In this document: piece by piece, positions 1 to 10,769 of the stretch
Numbering within the stretch: position 1 is the stretch's first letter
How the letters are laid out: each line of letters starts with the position of its first letter
DNA from: Selaginella moellendorffii
Taxonomy: Eukaryota; Plantae; Lycopodiophyta
NCBI RefSeq assembly: GCF_000143415.4
Contig: NW_003314307.1
Coordinates: 262,922 to 326,921, forward strand
DNA: 64,000 nt
Reading direction: 5' to 3'
The notes under the pieces: generated by a model
Told to the model about the DNA's origin: nothing
Seen by the model: only the letters and a program-made list of their open reading frames with translations
Databases searched by the model: none
Position numbers and translations under genes: made by a program

Positions 1-270
1 ACAAGGCGAGGCGAGGCGTTCTACCCGATTCTCTTCCTTCCATTTCTCCTTTGTCCAGGGCAAGCAGGGCAACCGCCATGGATCTTCTTCCTCCTCTCTC
101 CCCTCTTCACCTCGCCGGCGTCCAAGATCCTCGCCATGCAATTCCCCAGAGCCGAGCGATCGTCTTGTTTTAGGAGTCTCTAGCGCAGCGCTTCCCTCTA
201 GACTAGATTGAGGATTTCGGGCAGAAGCGAGCAACCAGGAGCTCCATCTCTCCACCGCAGAGCCAATTCA

Positions 271-1050
271 ATGCAGCACAAGAGATTTCGAAGCTCTTGC
301 CCCTCGCCGTCTTGGAACGAGGTCATGATCCAGCAAGGGCCATTGCGAGGCAGCATCGCCGTCGCTCGGCACAGGACGATGAAGCCCCAGGCAGGCGCCG
401 AGGTAGCGTGGAATGGATCGGTGGCTCACCAGCGCCTCCCCGATCCTGGAGTGTGGAGCATCGGCAAGAACAAGAGGAGAACGGCATCAAGCCATAATGC
501 TGCTCCATCGCCTTCCATCGGGCACGCCGGGGGATATTTCAGCGGCAGCGCTACGCAGTCGGGGGAGAATTGGTCGAAGAAATCCACAGATCCGACGCCG
601 CTGATCGAGCATGAGGAGCAGTCGGCCGAGGATCAAGCCGATTCCAGCGTCACCGCGGAAGCAATTGCCGTGGAGAGCTTGCTCGCTCTGGACGTGCTGG
701 CTCATTGCGCTGTCATCCAGTCACAAATCCACGACTCCGCGGCCAGCGCCTGTCGTCCCCCCGGGAGAAGGGTCTTCGTCCAGAGCCTGGGATTTTCGAT
801 CTTCCAGAGGAGGCGGGGGCCAGTATCGTCTCCTTCCCGGCCCAGCGATGGTTTTCCGAGCAAGCCCTCTTCGATCGGCGGCAGCAGTAGCGACGAGGAG
901 GAGCGAATTGGCCGGCCCAAGCGCAAGAGGGCGACCCTTTTGCCCTCCAAGTTCCAGGACTCGGTGCTCATGCTGAAGAACAAGAACAAGAAGAGCGGCG
1001 GCGGCGGCAGTGGCAGCGCTAACAAGAAGAAGAAGATCAAGAGGAAGTAG
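271..1050 (+). CDS. Hypothetical Ser-rich nuclear protein with basic C-terminus
   Basis: Open frame 208-1050 with first ATG at 271. C-terminal RPKRKRATLLPSKFQDSVL motif and KKKKIKRK NLS-like tail. Start is uncertain. Confidence 0.55.
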   Translation: MQHKRFRSSCPSPSWNEVMIQQGPLRGSIAVARHRTMKPQAGAEVAWNGSVAHQRLPDPGVWSIGKNKRRTASSHNAAPSPSIGHAGGYFSGSATQSGENWSKKSTDPTPLIEHEEQSAEDQADSSVTAEAIAVESLLALDVLAHCAVIQSQIHDSAASACRPPGRRVFVQSLGFSIFQRRRGPVSSPSRPSDGFPSKPSSIGGSSSDEEERIGRPKRKRATLLPSKFQDSVLMLKNKNKKSGGGGSGSANKKKKIKRK

Positions 1051-1262
1051 GCCTAGGAGTTTCACACACATTGATCGATCCCGGCATCGATCGGAGCGTC
1101 GGGCAAGGAAAAAGCCTTCGTTTGGTTTAGTTTTGCTCTCCCATGTAGAGAAAATCTTCTCCCCCGAACACCATTCATAGGACCGTCCGCTTCTCTCAAA
1201 GCCATGGAGCTACAAAATTTCTTTGAATGCAATGCAATCCCTCTCTTGCCCTAGTTTTAGAT

Positions 1263-2068
1263 ATGGTGCTCCTGGGCTGGGGATGGAGCAAGCCGCCATC
1301 GCAGGCCAAGGATCACAGGCAAGATTTTGCGGTATCGATCCTTATCGTGTTCCTTGTTCTTTAGGGATTTAGATTTCAACTACGCAGCAGAGGACTGCTG
1401 CAGCGAGGCGGCGTGGACGGACGAGCGCCTCCAATCGATCGAGCGCCAAGGGTTTGCGATCAACCATTCCAGGGTGAAGATCGGCCACGGCCAAGAGGAG
1501 GCGTTCATCAGGGCCAAGAATTTGCTCCAAGATTGGCGGTAGGTTTTCTGTGGAGTGATTTGCGATGGCGTGAAGAAATGCTTGGCTGCGCAGGCATTTC
1601 CAGCTGGGCTGGGCATTCGTTCCGCGGGAGACGCCGATCGAGCGTGGCCAGGGATTCAATGTGTGTAGCAAGGAAGGGCTTTTCTGGATCGTGAATCCAT
1701 TACGTATTCGCTACATTCGCGACGATCGAGAGCAAGCCAGGAAGAACAACAAAATCGTCTACGCCTTTGGAAGTGGGACCTTGCAGGGCCATCTCCTGGT
1801 AAGTCAGCAAAAAAAACTCTTCTTTTCTTCTTTCCTTTTGCAACAATGGATGATCGATCGATCGAGTGGTTTATAGGCTGGTGAAGAGCGATTTTCTGTG
1901 GAATGGAACAAGGAAGATGACAGCATCTGGTACGAGATCTTCTCCTTCTCCAAGCCGGCGCATTTTTTGTCGCTGGCAACTTATCCTTACGTCCGATTCA
2001 AGCAGCGCCTGTTCGCCAAGCAGTCAAGCGACAAGATGATCCAGGAAATGCGCCACAAAGTTTCCTAG
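1263..2068 (+). CDS. UPF0548/DUF1990 family protein (At2g17695-like), 4 exons
   Basis: Spliced translation MVLLGWGWSKPP...FNY...GFAINHSRVKIGHG...HFQLGWAFV...YAFGSGTLQGHLL/AGEERFSVEW...WYEIFSFSKPAHF matches family motifs. The first intron appears to be GC-AG (1319-1364). Confidence 0.9.
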
Positions 2069-2152
2069 GATCTTGCAAGCTCAAGGAAAGAAAAAACGCC
2101 GGCTTGTTGATGGCTGGGTGATGGTAATAATCTATCTATCGTCATCAAAAGG

Positions 2153-4750
2153 ATGATCGTCTCTCCTCCCGCGACGACGAAAGTTTCAACACGGCCATCG
2201 TCTTTCAGAGGAGTTGACGATGTCGATTCGACAGAGTTTGCAGCTCTTTTACGGCAGTATGGAATCTCAAGGTCTGTGGAAGATGGGAGGCGGCTTCACT
2301 CTCAGCTGTCCGGAACTGGGCGGGACCGAGAGACATTCCTGGGAAATCTTATCGTTCAGATGTATGGAAGATGGGGGTGCTTGGAGGATGCTCGGGCTGC
2401 CTTTGACAGGATTCCTCGGCCGAACGTTTTCAGCTGGACGCTTCTCATCGCAGCTTACGTCGACAACGGAAATGGGAGAGAAGCTCTTCGAGTGTTTTGG
2501 AAGATGCAACTGGAAGGAGTCGAGGCCGATAGCTTCGTCTTCTCCAGCGTGCTGGGAGCTTGCTCCATACTGGGATGCTTAGAGCTGGGTAAGCGTCTCC
2601 ACAAGCGGCTTGTTGACATCGGACTAAGCACTCACCTTGTCTTGCAGAACTCGCTGCTAAACATGTACACGAAAAGTGGCAGCTTGGAGGACGCTGCTCG
2701 TTTGTTCCGGGAGATGTCCCAGCCAAACATCGTCTCGTGGAACACGATGATTGCGGCAAATGCCCAGCATGGACATGACAGGGAAGCTCTGGAGATTTTC
2801 TGGACGATCGACTTGGAAGGCATGGAGCCGGACGTTTTCACTTTCGGAGCCGGACTAGCAGCGTGCTCGAGTCTCGCGCTCATCGAGCAGGGGAAAGCGA
2901 TCGATGAGAGAACCACCAGCCTGGGATTTGAGGCCTCCGGCAGTGCTGCTTTACAGAACGCGCTGATCAACATGTATGCCAAGTGTGGCAACTTGGGAGA
3001 GGCACGGAGGAAGTTCCGGAAAATCAAGGACAAGGACGTGGTTGCCTGGAACATTATGATAGCTGCAAATGCCGGGCTTGGCTGTGGCGAGGAAGCGTTA
3101 AATCTGTACAGGGAGATGGAAGTGGAAGGCTTGGAGCCCGACATGTTCACGCTCTCTAGTGCCGCGGTCTCCTCCTCCGACTTGCAACAAGGCAGATCAG
3201 TCCACGAACGAGTTCTGACGATCAGGCCTGAACCGGAAGGAAGTGTTGTCGTCCAGAATGCTCTCGTCAACATGTATGCGAGGTGTGGAAGTGTGGAAGA
3301 TGCGAAGAGAGTTTTCATGGATTCACCAGACACAGAGAAGGACTGGAACGGATTTATCTCGGCCTGTTCCCAGCACGGCTTTCCAGTGGAGGCACTCACA
3401 GCATTCTGGGAAATGGATCTGGAAGGGGTGAAGCCGGTTGAGATCTCGACACTGACGAGTGTTCTCGCGGCCTGCTCGCTTCTCAAGAAGCTATCAGTGG
3501 GAAGAGCACTCCATGCACGGATCGAGCACGGTGGAGGAGGATCCTCAAGCGTCGCGTCGACTGCCTTGGTTGAGATGTATGCGAACTGTGGGAGTTTGGA
3601 CGAGGCAGTGGAAGTTTTTGACAAGATGGTGGATCATAGAAAGGATCTGGTGGCCTGGACAGCGATGATCGATGCGTACGTTCGTCATGGCTGCGGTCAC
3701 GATGCATTGGAGCTGTATACAAAGATGAACCTGGAAGGAGTCCGAGCTGATGAGATTTGCCTGGCAAGCGTTCTGGCTGCCTGTTCGGCAACCGGCGATG
3801 AACGGACCGGCAGAAGATTACACAGTCACGTAGTTCTGGATCGGGAGCTCTCGGCTTCTATCGAGGTGACCAACGCTCTGTTGGAGATGTATGCGAGTTT
3901 CGGCGATCTGGAGGAGGCCGAGAGGGTGTTTGACAAGGTGGCCGGTCGAAGAAATGTTGTGACATGGAATATCATGATCGCGGCACTCGTTCGAGACGGC
4001 CAGGACCCAAGAGCTCTGAGTTTCTACCTCGACATGCAACGCGAAGGCAGAGTTCGAGCCGATGCATTCGTGTTCGCGAGCAGCATCACGGCGTGTGCAA
4101 ACTTGCAGACGCTCGAGAAGGGCGAGATGATCCACCGAAGGATTGTTTCCAGCGGGCTGGAGAGAGACCGGCCAGTGGAGAATGCCGTGCTCAACTTGTA
4201 CGTGAAGTGCGGTAAGCTCCAAGTTGCCGAGGAGTTTTTCCATAACATGCAGTACAGGGACGTGGTGTCTTGGAATGCGATGATCACGGCTCACGCTCAG
4301 CTGGGATTCGCAGCCTCCCGGCACAAAAACGGTGCGAGCAAAGCCATGGAGCTGTGGAACGAAATGCACTTGGATGGGATCCAACCAGATAGCATCAGCT
4401 TCACTGTCATCCTCACTCTGTGCAGCCATGTTGGTCTGGTCGACCAAGCAAGGCTATACTTCGTGTGGATGCTTCAAGAGCTGGATGGAAGGAGTGTTGG
4501 TCGAGAGGAGCACTATGGATGCATTGTGGATGTTCTTGGGCGTTTAGGATGGTTGAGCGAAGCAGAAGAGCTCATACACACAATGCCTGTAACACCAAGC
4601 CAAGTTGCTTGGATAAGTATGTTAAGCGCGTGCCGGATTCATCCAGACGCTGCCAGAGGCAAATGGGCTGCCCAAGAAGCAACTAAGCTGGTCCCATGCA
4701 AGTCCTCTCCGTACATTCTAGTTCACGATATTGTGACCATGGCCCATTGA
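2153..4750 (+). CDS. PLS-class pentatricopeptide repeat protein with E-type C-terminal extension, no DYW domain
   Basis: Intronless 865-aa ORF. Repeated 'NALINMYAKCG.L.EA..F..', 'DVVSWN.MI.A' and 'G..PD.FTF.SVL.ACS' motifs. C-terminal 'EHYGCIVDVLGRLG...W.SMLSACRIH...SSPYIL'. Confidence 0.95.
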   Translation: MIVSPPATTKVSTRPSSFRGVDDVDSTEFAALLRQYGISRSVEDGRRLHSQLSGTGRDRETFLGNLIVQMYGRWGCLEDARAAFDRIPRPNVFSWTLLIAAYVDNGNGREALRVFWKMQLEGVEADSFVFSSVLGACSILGCLELGKRLHKRLVDIGLSTHLVLQNSLLNMYTKSGSLEDAARLFREMSQPNIVSWNTMIAANAQHGHDREALEIFWTIDLEGMEPDVFTFGAGLAACSSLALIEQGKAIDERTTSLGFEASGSAALQNALINMYAKCGNLGEARRKFRKIKDKDVVAWNIMIAANAGLGCGEEALNLYREMEVEGLEPDMFTLSSAAVSSSDLQQGRSVHERVLTIRPEPEGSVVVQNALVNMYARCGSVEDAKRVFMDSPDTEKDWNGFISACSQHGFPVEALTAFWEMDLEGVKPVEISTLTSVLAACSLLKKLSVGRALHARIEHGGGGSSSVASTALVEMYANCGSLDEAVEVFDKMVDHRKDLVAWTAMIDAYVRHGCGHDALELYTKMNLEGVRADEICLASVLAACSATGDERTGRRLHSHVVLDRELSASIEVTNALLEMYASFGDLEEAERVFDKVAGRRNVVTWNIMIAALVRDGQDPRALSFYLDMQREGRVRADAFVFASSITACANLQTLEKGEMIHRRIVSSGLERDRPVENAVLNLYVKCGKLQVAEEFFHNMQYRDVVSWNAMITAHAQLGFAASRHKNGASKAMELWNEMHLDGIQPDSISFTVILTLCSHVGLVDQARLYFVWMLQELDGRSVGREEHYGCIVDVLGRLGWLSEAEELIHTMPVTPSQVAWISMLSACRIHPDAARGKWAAQEATKLVPCKSSPYILVHDIVTMAH

Positions 4751-4917
4751 CTCTATGGCGACACCTGGCTACCTTAGGTGGCGCTTTGCTAGATCTTTAA
4801 AATGGAGCTGGATGACCCCCCTTCGGGCAAACAAAAAGTCTCTGTATAGCCCTCTGTGGCTCTCTTTGATCTCTTATAGATTGATTCTCTTTGATCTTTG
4901 ATTGATCGGTTGATTCT

Positions 4918-5484
4918 ATGGCGGCCTCTGAAGCGACAATGGATGCAATGAGGCGGGAGGCTCGAGCAAACGCCAAAGAAGACATTGTGACGCTAGCATC
5001 TGGTGCCCGAGAGAAGCTTGATCATGCTTTTGCAAGCGCCAAGGAAGTTGGAGGTAAGATTGCTCATCCTTTCGACGCCGGCGCTAGGGAGGCAGCGCAC
5101 GGCAGGGCCGAGGGGCTGCGTAGGCAATCCTCGGAGAAGCAATCAAGTTTGCGAGAGATGGCCAGCCGCAAGGCGGAGGAAGAGCGTTTGGTTGCACGGA
5201 GCAAGGTTGCGCAGCAAGTTCTTGGTGGTGGTGGAGGGATGCGCTACCCAGTGCCAGTTTACCCGGATCAATCCCAACCCCAGCAGAATGGATCCCAGCA
5301 GAATGAACAACTCCAGGACTATCCAGTAGAGCACCCTCCTCGCGTGGAATCACCCCAAGATCAAGGTGGGAGCAATGAAATAAATCACTCTGCCCATCCT
5401 GTGGAACCACCTCATCGCGAAGAAATCGAGCAGCGTCCTCCCCATGGCGAGGAACCAGCTCAAAACAGGGATGTTTCCAATTGA
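4918..5484 (+). CDS. LEA_1 (group 4 LEA)-like hydrophilic protein
   Basis: N-terminal amphipathic helix 'AKEDIVTLASGAREKLDHAFASAKE...EAAHGRA' resembles LEA_1. Disordered Q/P/H/E-rich tail. Confidence 0.6.
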   Translation: MAASEATMDAMRREARANAKEDIVTLASGAREKLDHAFASAKEVGGKIAHPFDAGAREAAHGRAEGLRRQSSEKQSSLREMASRKAEEERLVARSKVAQQVLGGGGGMRYPVPVYPDQSQPQQNGSQQNEQLQDYPVEHPPRVESPQDQGGSNEINHSAHPVEPPHREEIEQRPPHGEEPAQNRDVSN

Positions 5485-5981
5485 TAAGGAACCTTTCTAC
5501 CTAGATACTTGTGTTTGTGGTTTGTAAAAAGAAGGAACATATTTGATTGATTGATCATACGTTGGTGTACGACTCTTGACACGGAACAAGACAAAGCCAG
5601 TACAAAGGCGTGAGAGCCTACGCCCCAACAATATTTTAAAGCTAGATTAAAAACACTTGCGCGAATGGATGGACGCGAGCAATCCAGGCAGCGCCATCAG
5701 CATCACAGAGGAATCCGTGCTAGCTAACAAGTTGGAGGAGAAGTGTGAGTGAGACGACCCCACACGGCAGCCGTCGGATGCGGCGATGGACGACCGCGGC
5801 GGCGCCACGTGGGTAGAGATGCCCTGTTGCTCAAGTAGGAGTTAGTCCAAATTCTTCGCCTTCGTCGTGAAACCCTCCCTTCCCAGACACATTCTTCCAT
5901 AGATTTCGCCAGGGAATTTGTGTGGATTTGTAGCGCGCGCGCGCGCCCTCTTAGAAGAGCGAGAGAGAGAGGGAGATCATC

Positions 5982-6655
5982 ATGGCGATGGCGCTATCGC
6001 AGCTCCCTCCGTGGCTATGGCGCGCCAGCGGTGGTAGCAACAGCAACACCCTAGAGAATCAGCAGCACCAGCAGCAGCATCAGCAGCAAGAGAGCGATCG
6101 ATTCCGGAGGAGCAGCAGAGCGAGCGCGGGGAAATCGCGACGACGCCAGAGGCCCAGGTCCTCCTCCTCCGCCTCCTCCAATTCCTCGTCGCAATCGGCT
6201 GCTAGCGCGCGGCGGCCGTGGAAGCTGTGCCGCGAGAAGCAGCTCGACGAGGAATTCGACCTGGTGGTCGTCCACACGGATGGATGCTGCATGTCGGGCT
6301 CCGAATCGGAGGATTCCGACTGGTCCGTCGGCTGGCTGGAGCCCCATTCCACCGATTTTAGCTCCGATTCCGAGGAGAGCTTCGCGGTTCTTGTGCCCTG
6401 CTACGGCTCCTCGCGCACGCGCCGAAATATCTCCTCCGCCGCCCCGGCCAGCAATCCTCCTCCTCCCACCGTCTGGGCCGCCGCGCTTCTCACCACAATC
6501 TCCAGCGGCAGCAATCGCAATGCCGCAGCAGGTAATGTCGCCGCCAATCGATCGCCCTCTCGCTCCTCCCAAGAACCCTAAATTTCTTCTTTGTGGCTTT
6601 GCTTGCAGCCCAGCAGAGAAAGCACGTCGAGGATTGGCTATCTTCTCTCCATTGA
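5982..6655 (+). CDS. Conserved plant protein of unknown function (DWSVGWLEPH...SFAVLVPCY family), 2 exons
   Basis: Exon 1 5982-6531, GT-AG intron 6532-6608. Exon 2 encodes AQQRKHVEDWLSSLH*, resembling the C-terminal 'E.WLSSL' motif I recall for this family. Confidence 0.75.
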
Positions 6656-7185
6656 AGGCGACGAATGGATGGATCGTTCCTTCGTTTGGGCTAGCGCCAC
6701 TAATCCAGTGTGGCTACTTTGCGACGCGATTGATTATTTTAGCGGTGGATTAAGACTAACACGAAATTGGATGGATTGGGAGATTGGATTTGGGTAACAG
6801 CTCACTCACTTTTACTCACAGCGCAGCACACAAGCTCACTCACTACACGCCTCTGTACAGAAAAAAAAATTGGTAGAACAATATTGTGTAAACATCTTTA
6901 TCAATGTAAAAAAGTGCCGGTTTGTTATGACTTGTCAAGGGGAAAATCGGAAGAATGCCACGTGTTTCTCTTCCTCTTTGGATACATGTCATATGGTTGA
7001 GGGTCAAACACATTGCATGATGGGAGCGAGGAGTAGCTATGGCGGGGAGCGCGCTACGGACGATTGAATCGCGATTTTTCGCTTTCTCGCGACGATCTCC
7101 CCTGATCTCCACATTCCTGGTCTTCTTTCTCAGGTAACGCCGCGCCGATCTCCTCGCGGAGCGCGGCTCGGAAATCCTAGGGTTT

Positions 7186-8145
7186 ATGGGAATGCGCAGC
7201 AGCGGCAAGGAAATGCTGGCCTCCTCGATGCCGCCGGCGGATGAGTGGAGCGATGTAGCGGTCAGCACGCTGCTGGATTGCTACAACGACAAGTACATCG
7301 AGCTCAATGGGGGAAGCATTGGCACCAAGGGATGGCAGGACGTGATCTTCAAGCTCAATTCGGTGTGCGCGCAAGGCAAGCCCGTCTACAGCTACCGGAG
7401 ATGCAAGAACAAGCTGGACGTGATGAAGAGGAGGTTTAAGATTGAGAGAGACCGAAAGGCGACCAACGGAGGGATCTCGGATTGGCCGTGGTTTCAAAAA
7501 ATGGAGGAGATCGTTGGTCGAAATCCTAGGCTAGGAGCAGCGGCCGCACTTGTTACTGGGACGATTGGAAATCACTTCCACCAGCAGCAGCAGCAAAATC
7601 ACCACCACCAGCCGCAAACTCATCCTCCTCAAGTACAACCTTCTACTCTTCCACTACTCCACCATCACCAAGAACCTGACGAGCAAGGTTTGGTTGGAAG
7701 TGGAGTTCTCAACTCTAAACAGGACCATCGGTTTGGATCATCGTCGTTGCAAGCCGCTGCGCAGCACGTCCAAGACGAGATATCAGGTGGCCAACTTTTG
7801 TCCGACCAGCAGGACGATAACGACGATGATGACGACGATTGCCAGGCCAGGAACAGCAGCAAAGCGTGCAAGAAGCGGAAAAAAGGTAGCGCCTGCGGTT
7901 CTAATCCGTTGCGTCATGCCAAAGAGATTGCTCGTATCGTGACTGAAGCTCTTGAAAGGATGGAACTGAAGAGGCTGGAAGTGATGAGGGAGCTGGAGTT
8001 GAAGAGGAATGAAACTCAGCTCCAGATCGCGAGGATGATCGTAGAAAGCAACGCTAGGCTACAGCAGCAGCAGCAACCACAACAACATAATCGCCAGCCT
8101 TCGACTTCGTCAGATCCACATTCTTACGTGGAGCAGGAGCACTAA
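7186..8145 (+). CDS. Trihelix (Myb/SANT-like DNA-binding) transcription factor, ASIL/SIP1-like
   Basis: 'EWSDVAVSTLLDCYNDKY...WQDV...RCKNKLDVMKRRFKIE...WPWFQKMEEIVG' plus C-terminal coiled coil 'ERMELKRLEVMRELE'. Confidence 0.9.
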   Translation: MGMRSSGKEMLASSMPPADEWSDVAVSTLLDCYNDKYIELNGGSIGTKGWQDVIFKLNSVCAQGKPVYSYRRCKNKLDVMKRRFKIERDRKATNGGISDWPWFQKMEEIVGRNPRLGAAAALVTGTIGNHFHQQQQQNHHHQPQTHPPQVQPSTLPLLHHHQEPDEQGLVGSGVLNSKQDHRFGSSSLQAAAQHVQDEISGGQLLSDQQDDNDDDDDDCQARNSSKACKKRKKGSACGSNPLRHAKEIARIVTEALERMELKRLEVMRELELKRNETQLQIARMIVESNARLQQQQQPQQHNRQPSTSSDPHSYVEQEH

Positions 8146-8216
8146 GTAAGATTGGTTTCTTTGTTCTTAGCTTATAGTTCTCAAAAACAAATCTGGTTGC
8201 AGCCCTAGTGACTCTC

Positions 8217-10687
8217 ATGGGAGATTGCTGCGCCTGCTATGGAAGCTTGGTTTCTTCGTCAAAATGGAGGATTGGGTTTGTAGTTGCTGCTTCAGGGAAG
8301 AAGTCTGTGGAGGTTTCCAGACCACTGACTAGTAGAAAAGCCGCAGGCAAACTCAAGCTTCACAGGACGTGGACTCCCGGGCGGAGAGTGAGCAAGGAAA
8401 GATACTTATCAGACAGGAGCAGGACAACAGACCTGCAGGACGAAGGTCGAGAAGAAGATGGAAACCAGAACGAGGAAGGACCAAGCAGTGATGGTGTTCA
8501 ACTGGGTTTGGAGTTTCCGCAGGAAGAAGATGAAACCGATATCCCCGCAGAGGAAGAAGTAAAAACGTCTAGCAAGCTAAATTGTCAGCATTTTTCAAGG
8601 TACGGTAGCTACACATTGTTTTCAAGTTGAGTTTCTTTGCTTCTTTTAAGGTGTTCCGGTTGTGCGTTTGAAAACGGACTCAACAATCCGCCTGTTTACA
8701 ACGAAGCTGTCACGTTCTTCCAGAAACGACGAATTGCAAAGCTTCAGCTTATACCCAGTGCTACGGTATGTTGCATCTTGAAAAAGGGCTACTTGACTGT
8801 TTTTTAACGCTCTACCAGCACGGATGGAGATGTAGAGCTAAGTTAGCAGTTCGTGGAACGTCTGATGACCCATTTGTTGGACTTTTTGAGGAGCACAGCC
8901 ACAGTATTGTCGATATTCCTGAATGCCGCGGTAAGCATTCATCTTCGAACTGAATTTCCACTCTTGCAAATGGTGTGTATTGAGCAGCCCACCATCCTTC
9001 TATAAACGCAGCGGTTGAGCTTATCAAAGCAGGTGCGTTTTCGTTATGAAGGAAAATTACCATAATCACTTGCGTTGCAGTTATACGAGACGTTGGTGTG
9101 CAACCTTACGATGACGAGACGTGCACAGGGCAGCTGCGCTATATCCAGGTTCTCACATACGTTTCCTATTCAATTCACTAAACAAATACCGCGGTATTTT
9201 CAGCTTGTTGTTAACAGCTACGTGACCTCCGTACCTGTTGAGCAGCGGAAGAACACATGTACGTTCTGAGACCTTTTCAAGTTTTCCAGGCTTTAATTAA
9301 ATACTTGTAGGCAAAGTACAGGTGTCCTTGGTTTGGAACAGTCGAGATGAGGATTCTCCAGGAACGGAGCTTCTTCATAAGATGGCCTACGTAATCGTCG
9401 TCTCTCGTGTTGCCTTCTTTCTGATCTTGTGTTTTTCAGAGTTTGTGGAGACGGGGTGGACAAGGAAGCCGAAGAGACCTCTTGCATTCAATTTGGGCAA
9501 ACTTTCAAACAACGCAAACTAACGTGAGTACTTGGAATTCAGGATGCGTAGCTTACTTTTGAGAGTTACCAGATAATCTTGGGACAGAGGTGGAGGCGTT
9601 TGTTTGGGCATTCTGAACTCTGGGAGCGTGTTGGAGGTGCGGACGTATGCTACGCTCCCTCCAGCTTTGGGCAAGCAAACTATCAGGTGTGCGCATTGTT
9701 TCCGAAAGTAAACAAACGGATTGATGACACATTGAATTTTTAGTCTTTTGAGGACCTCCTACAGAGACTTCAGAGATACGTGAGAAAAGGAAGTGCCGTG
9801 GTGGACATGTTTGCTGGTGTTGGCGTCATTGGCTTGAGTTTGGCAGCCACTAGAAAGTGCAGGTGGACACATTTTACCGGTTATGGCTAGCGTCTAATAA
9901 CCTTGCAACAATGTAGATTTGTCAAGTGCGTCGAGGTGAATAAGCACTGCAAAGAGCCTTTTGAACGTTCTCTTTCGAGATTACCAGCTTCCGTCGACTG
10001 CCAAATCAGCTGGCATTGCGCAGATGCAGCAGAGGTTGATTTCACTCTTCTATGCTTTTGTTCATATGTTTTTGACGGTGGTTTTCTGGGATTGCAGGCT
10101 CCGATAACGTGGTTGGAAGGTGCAGATGTGGTTGTTGTTGATCCTCCAAGAAAAGGATTGCAGCCCGTGCTTATTGAGGCTCTGAGAACTGCTTCATTGA
10201 GAGCGCAAGGCAAAACAAGATCGCCATCTAGAAACGAAATCGATAAGTAAGTTTTTCGTTATCGAGAGTAGAATTAGCTGGATGGCAATTTTGTTTCAGA
10301 GTTGAGAAACGACCGTGGATGTTGCGAGCGAAAGATGGTGGTGTTCAAAGAGAGGGAGAAACGACTTGGCGAGACGATGATGTATGGCCAGAGCAGTTGA
10401 TATATGTCAGCTGTGGATGGGATTCATTCAAACAGGTTCTAGTCGCATCTTTCTTCTTCACTTGACGTGCAGGACATTCTTCAACAGGATTGTGAGGCAC
10501 TGGAAGAGAACGGACATTGGCATTTGGCGAATGCTCATGCTTACAACTTCTTTCCCGGCACTGACAGGTGAATGCCATCCTAAAACTGTCATCTACAGCC
10601 ATAACATTTTTTGAAACTTTCTGCAGCATTGAGATACTCGCGGTTTTCCGAGCTGGCAAAAGAATGAAGAAGAAAACCAGAGCGTAA
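8217..10687 (+). CDS. TrmA/RumA-type RNA (uracil-5)-methyltransferase, multi-exon, probably organelle-targeted
   Basis: Spliced motifs 'GWRCRAKLAVRG', 'AHHPSIN', 'SFGQANY', 'VVDMFAGVGVIGL', 'CVEVN', 'VVVVDPPRKGL', 'IYVSCG', 'FFPGT.SIE'. Many short GT-AG introns. Confidence 0.9.
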
Positions 10688-10769
10688 CTACAATTTGTTT
10701 GTGTATTATCACACTTTATCCACGCTAATGTCAAATTCATTTTAGGTGTTGAGAAGGTAATTCTTGGAT

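Noticed and set aside
78-173. 31-codon upstream ORF in good Kozak context
   Set aside because: No conservation evidence is available and there is no convincing splice link to the downstream ORF.
2632-3624. 330-aa antisense ORF, and similar antisense ORFs over the glucanase, HIR and gag
   Set aside because: These are shadow frames of GC-rich coding sequence with no recognisable motifs.
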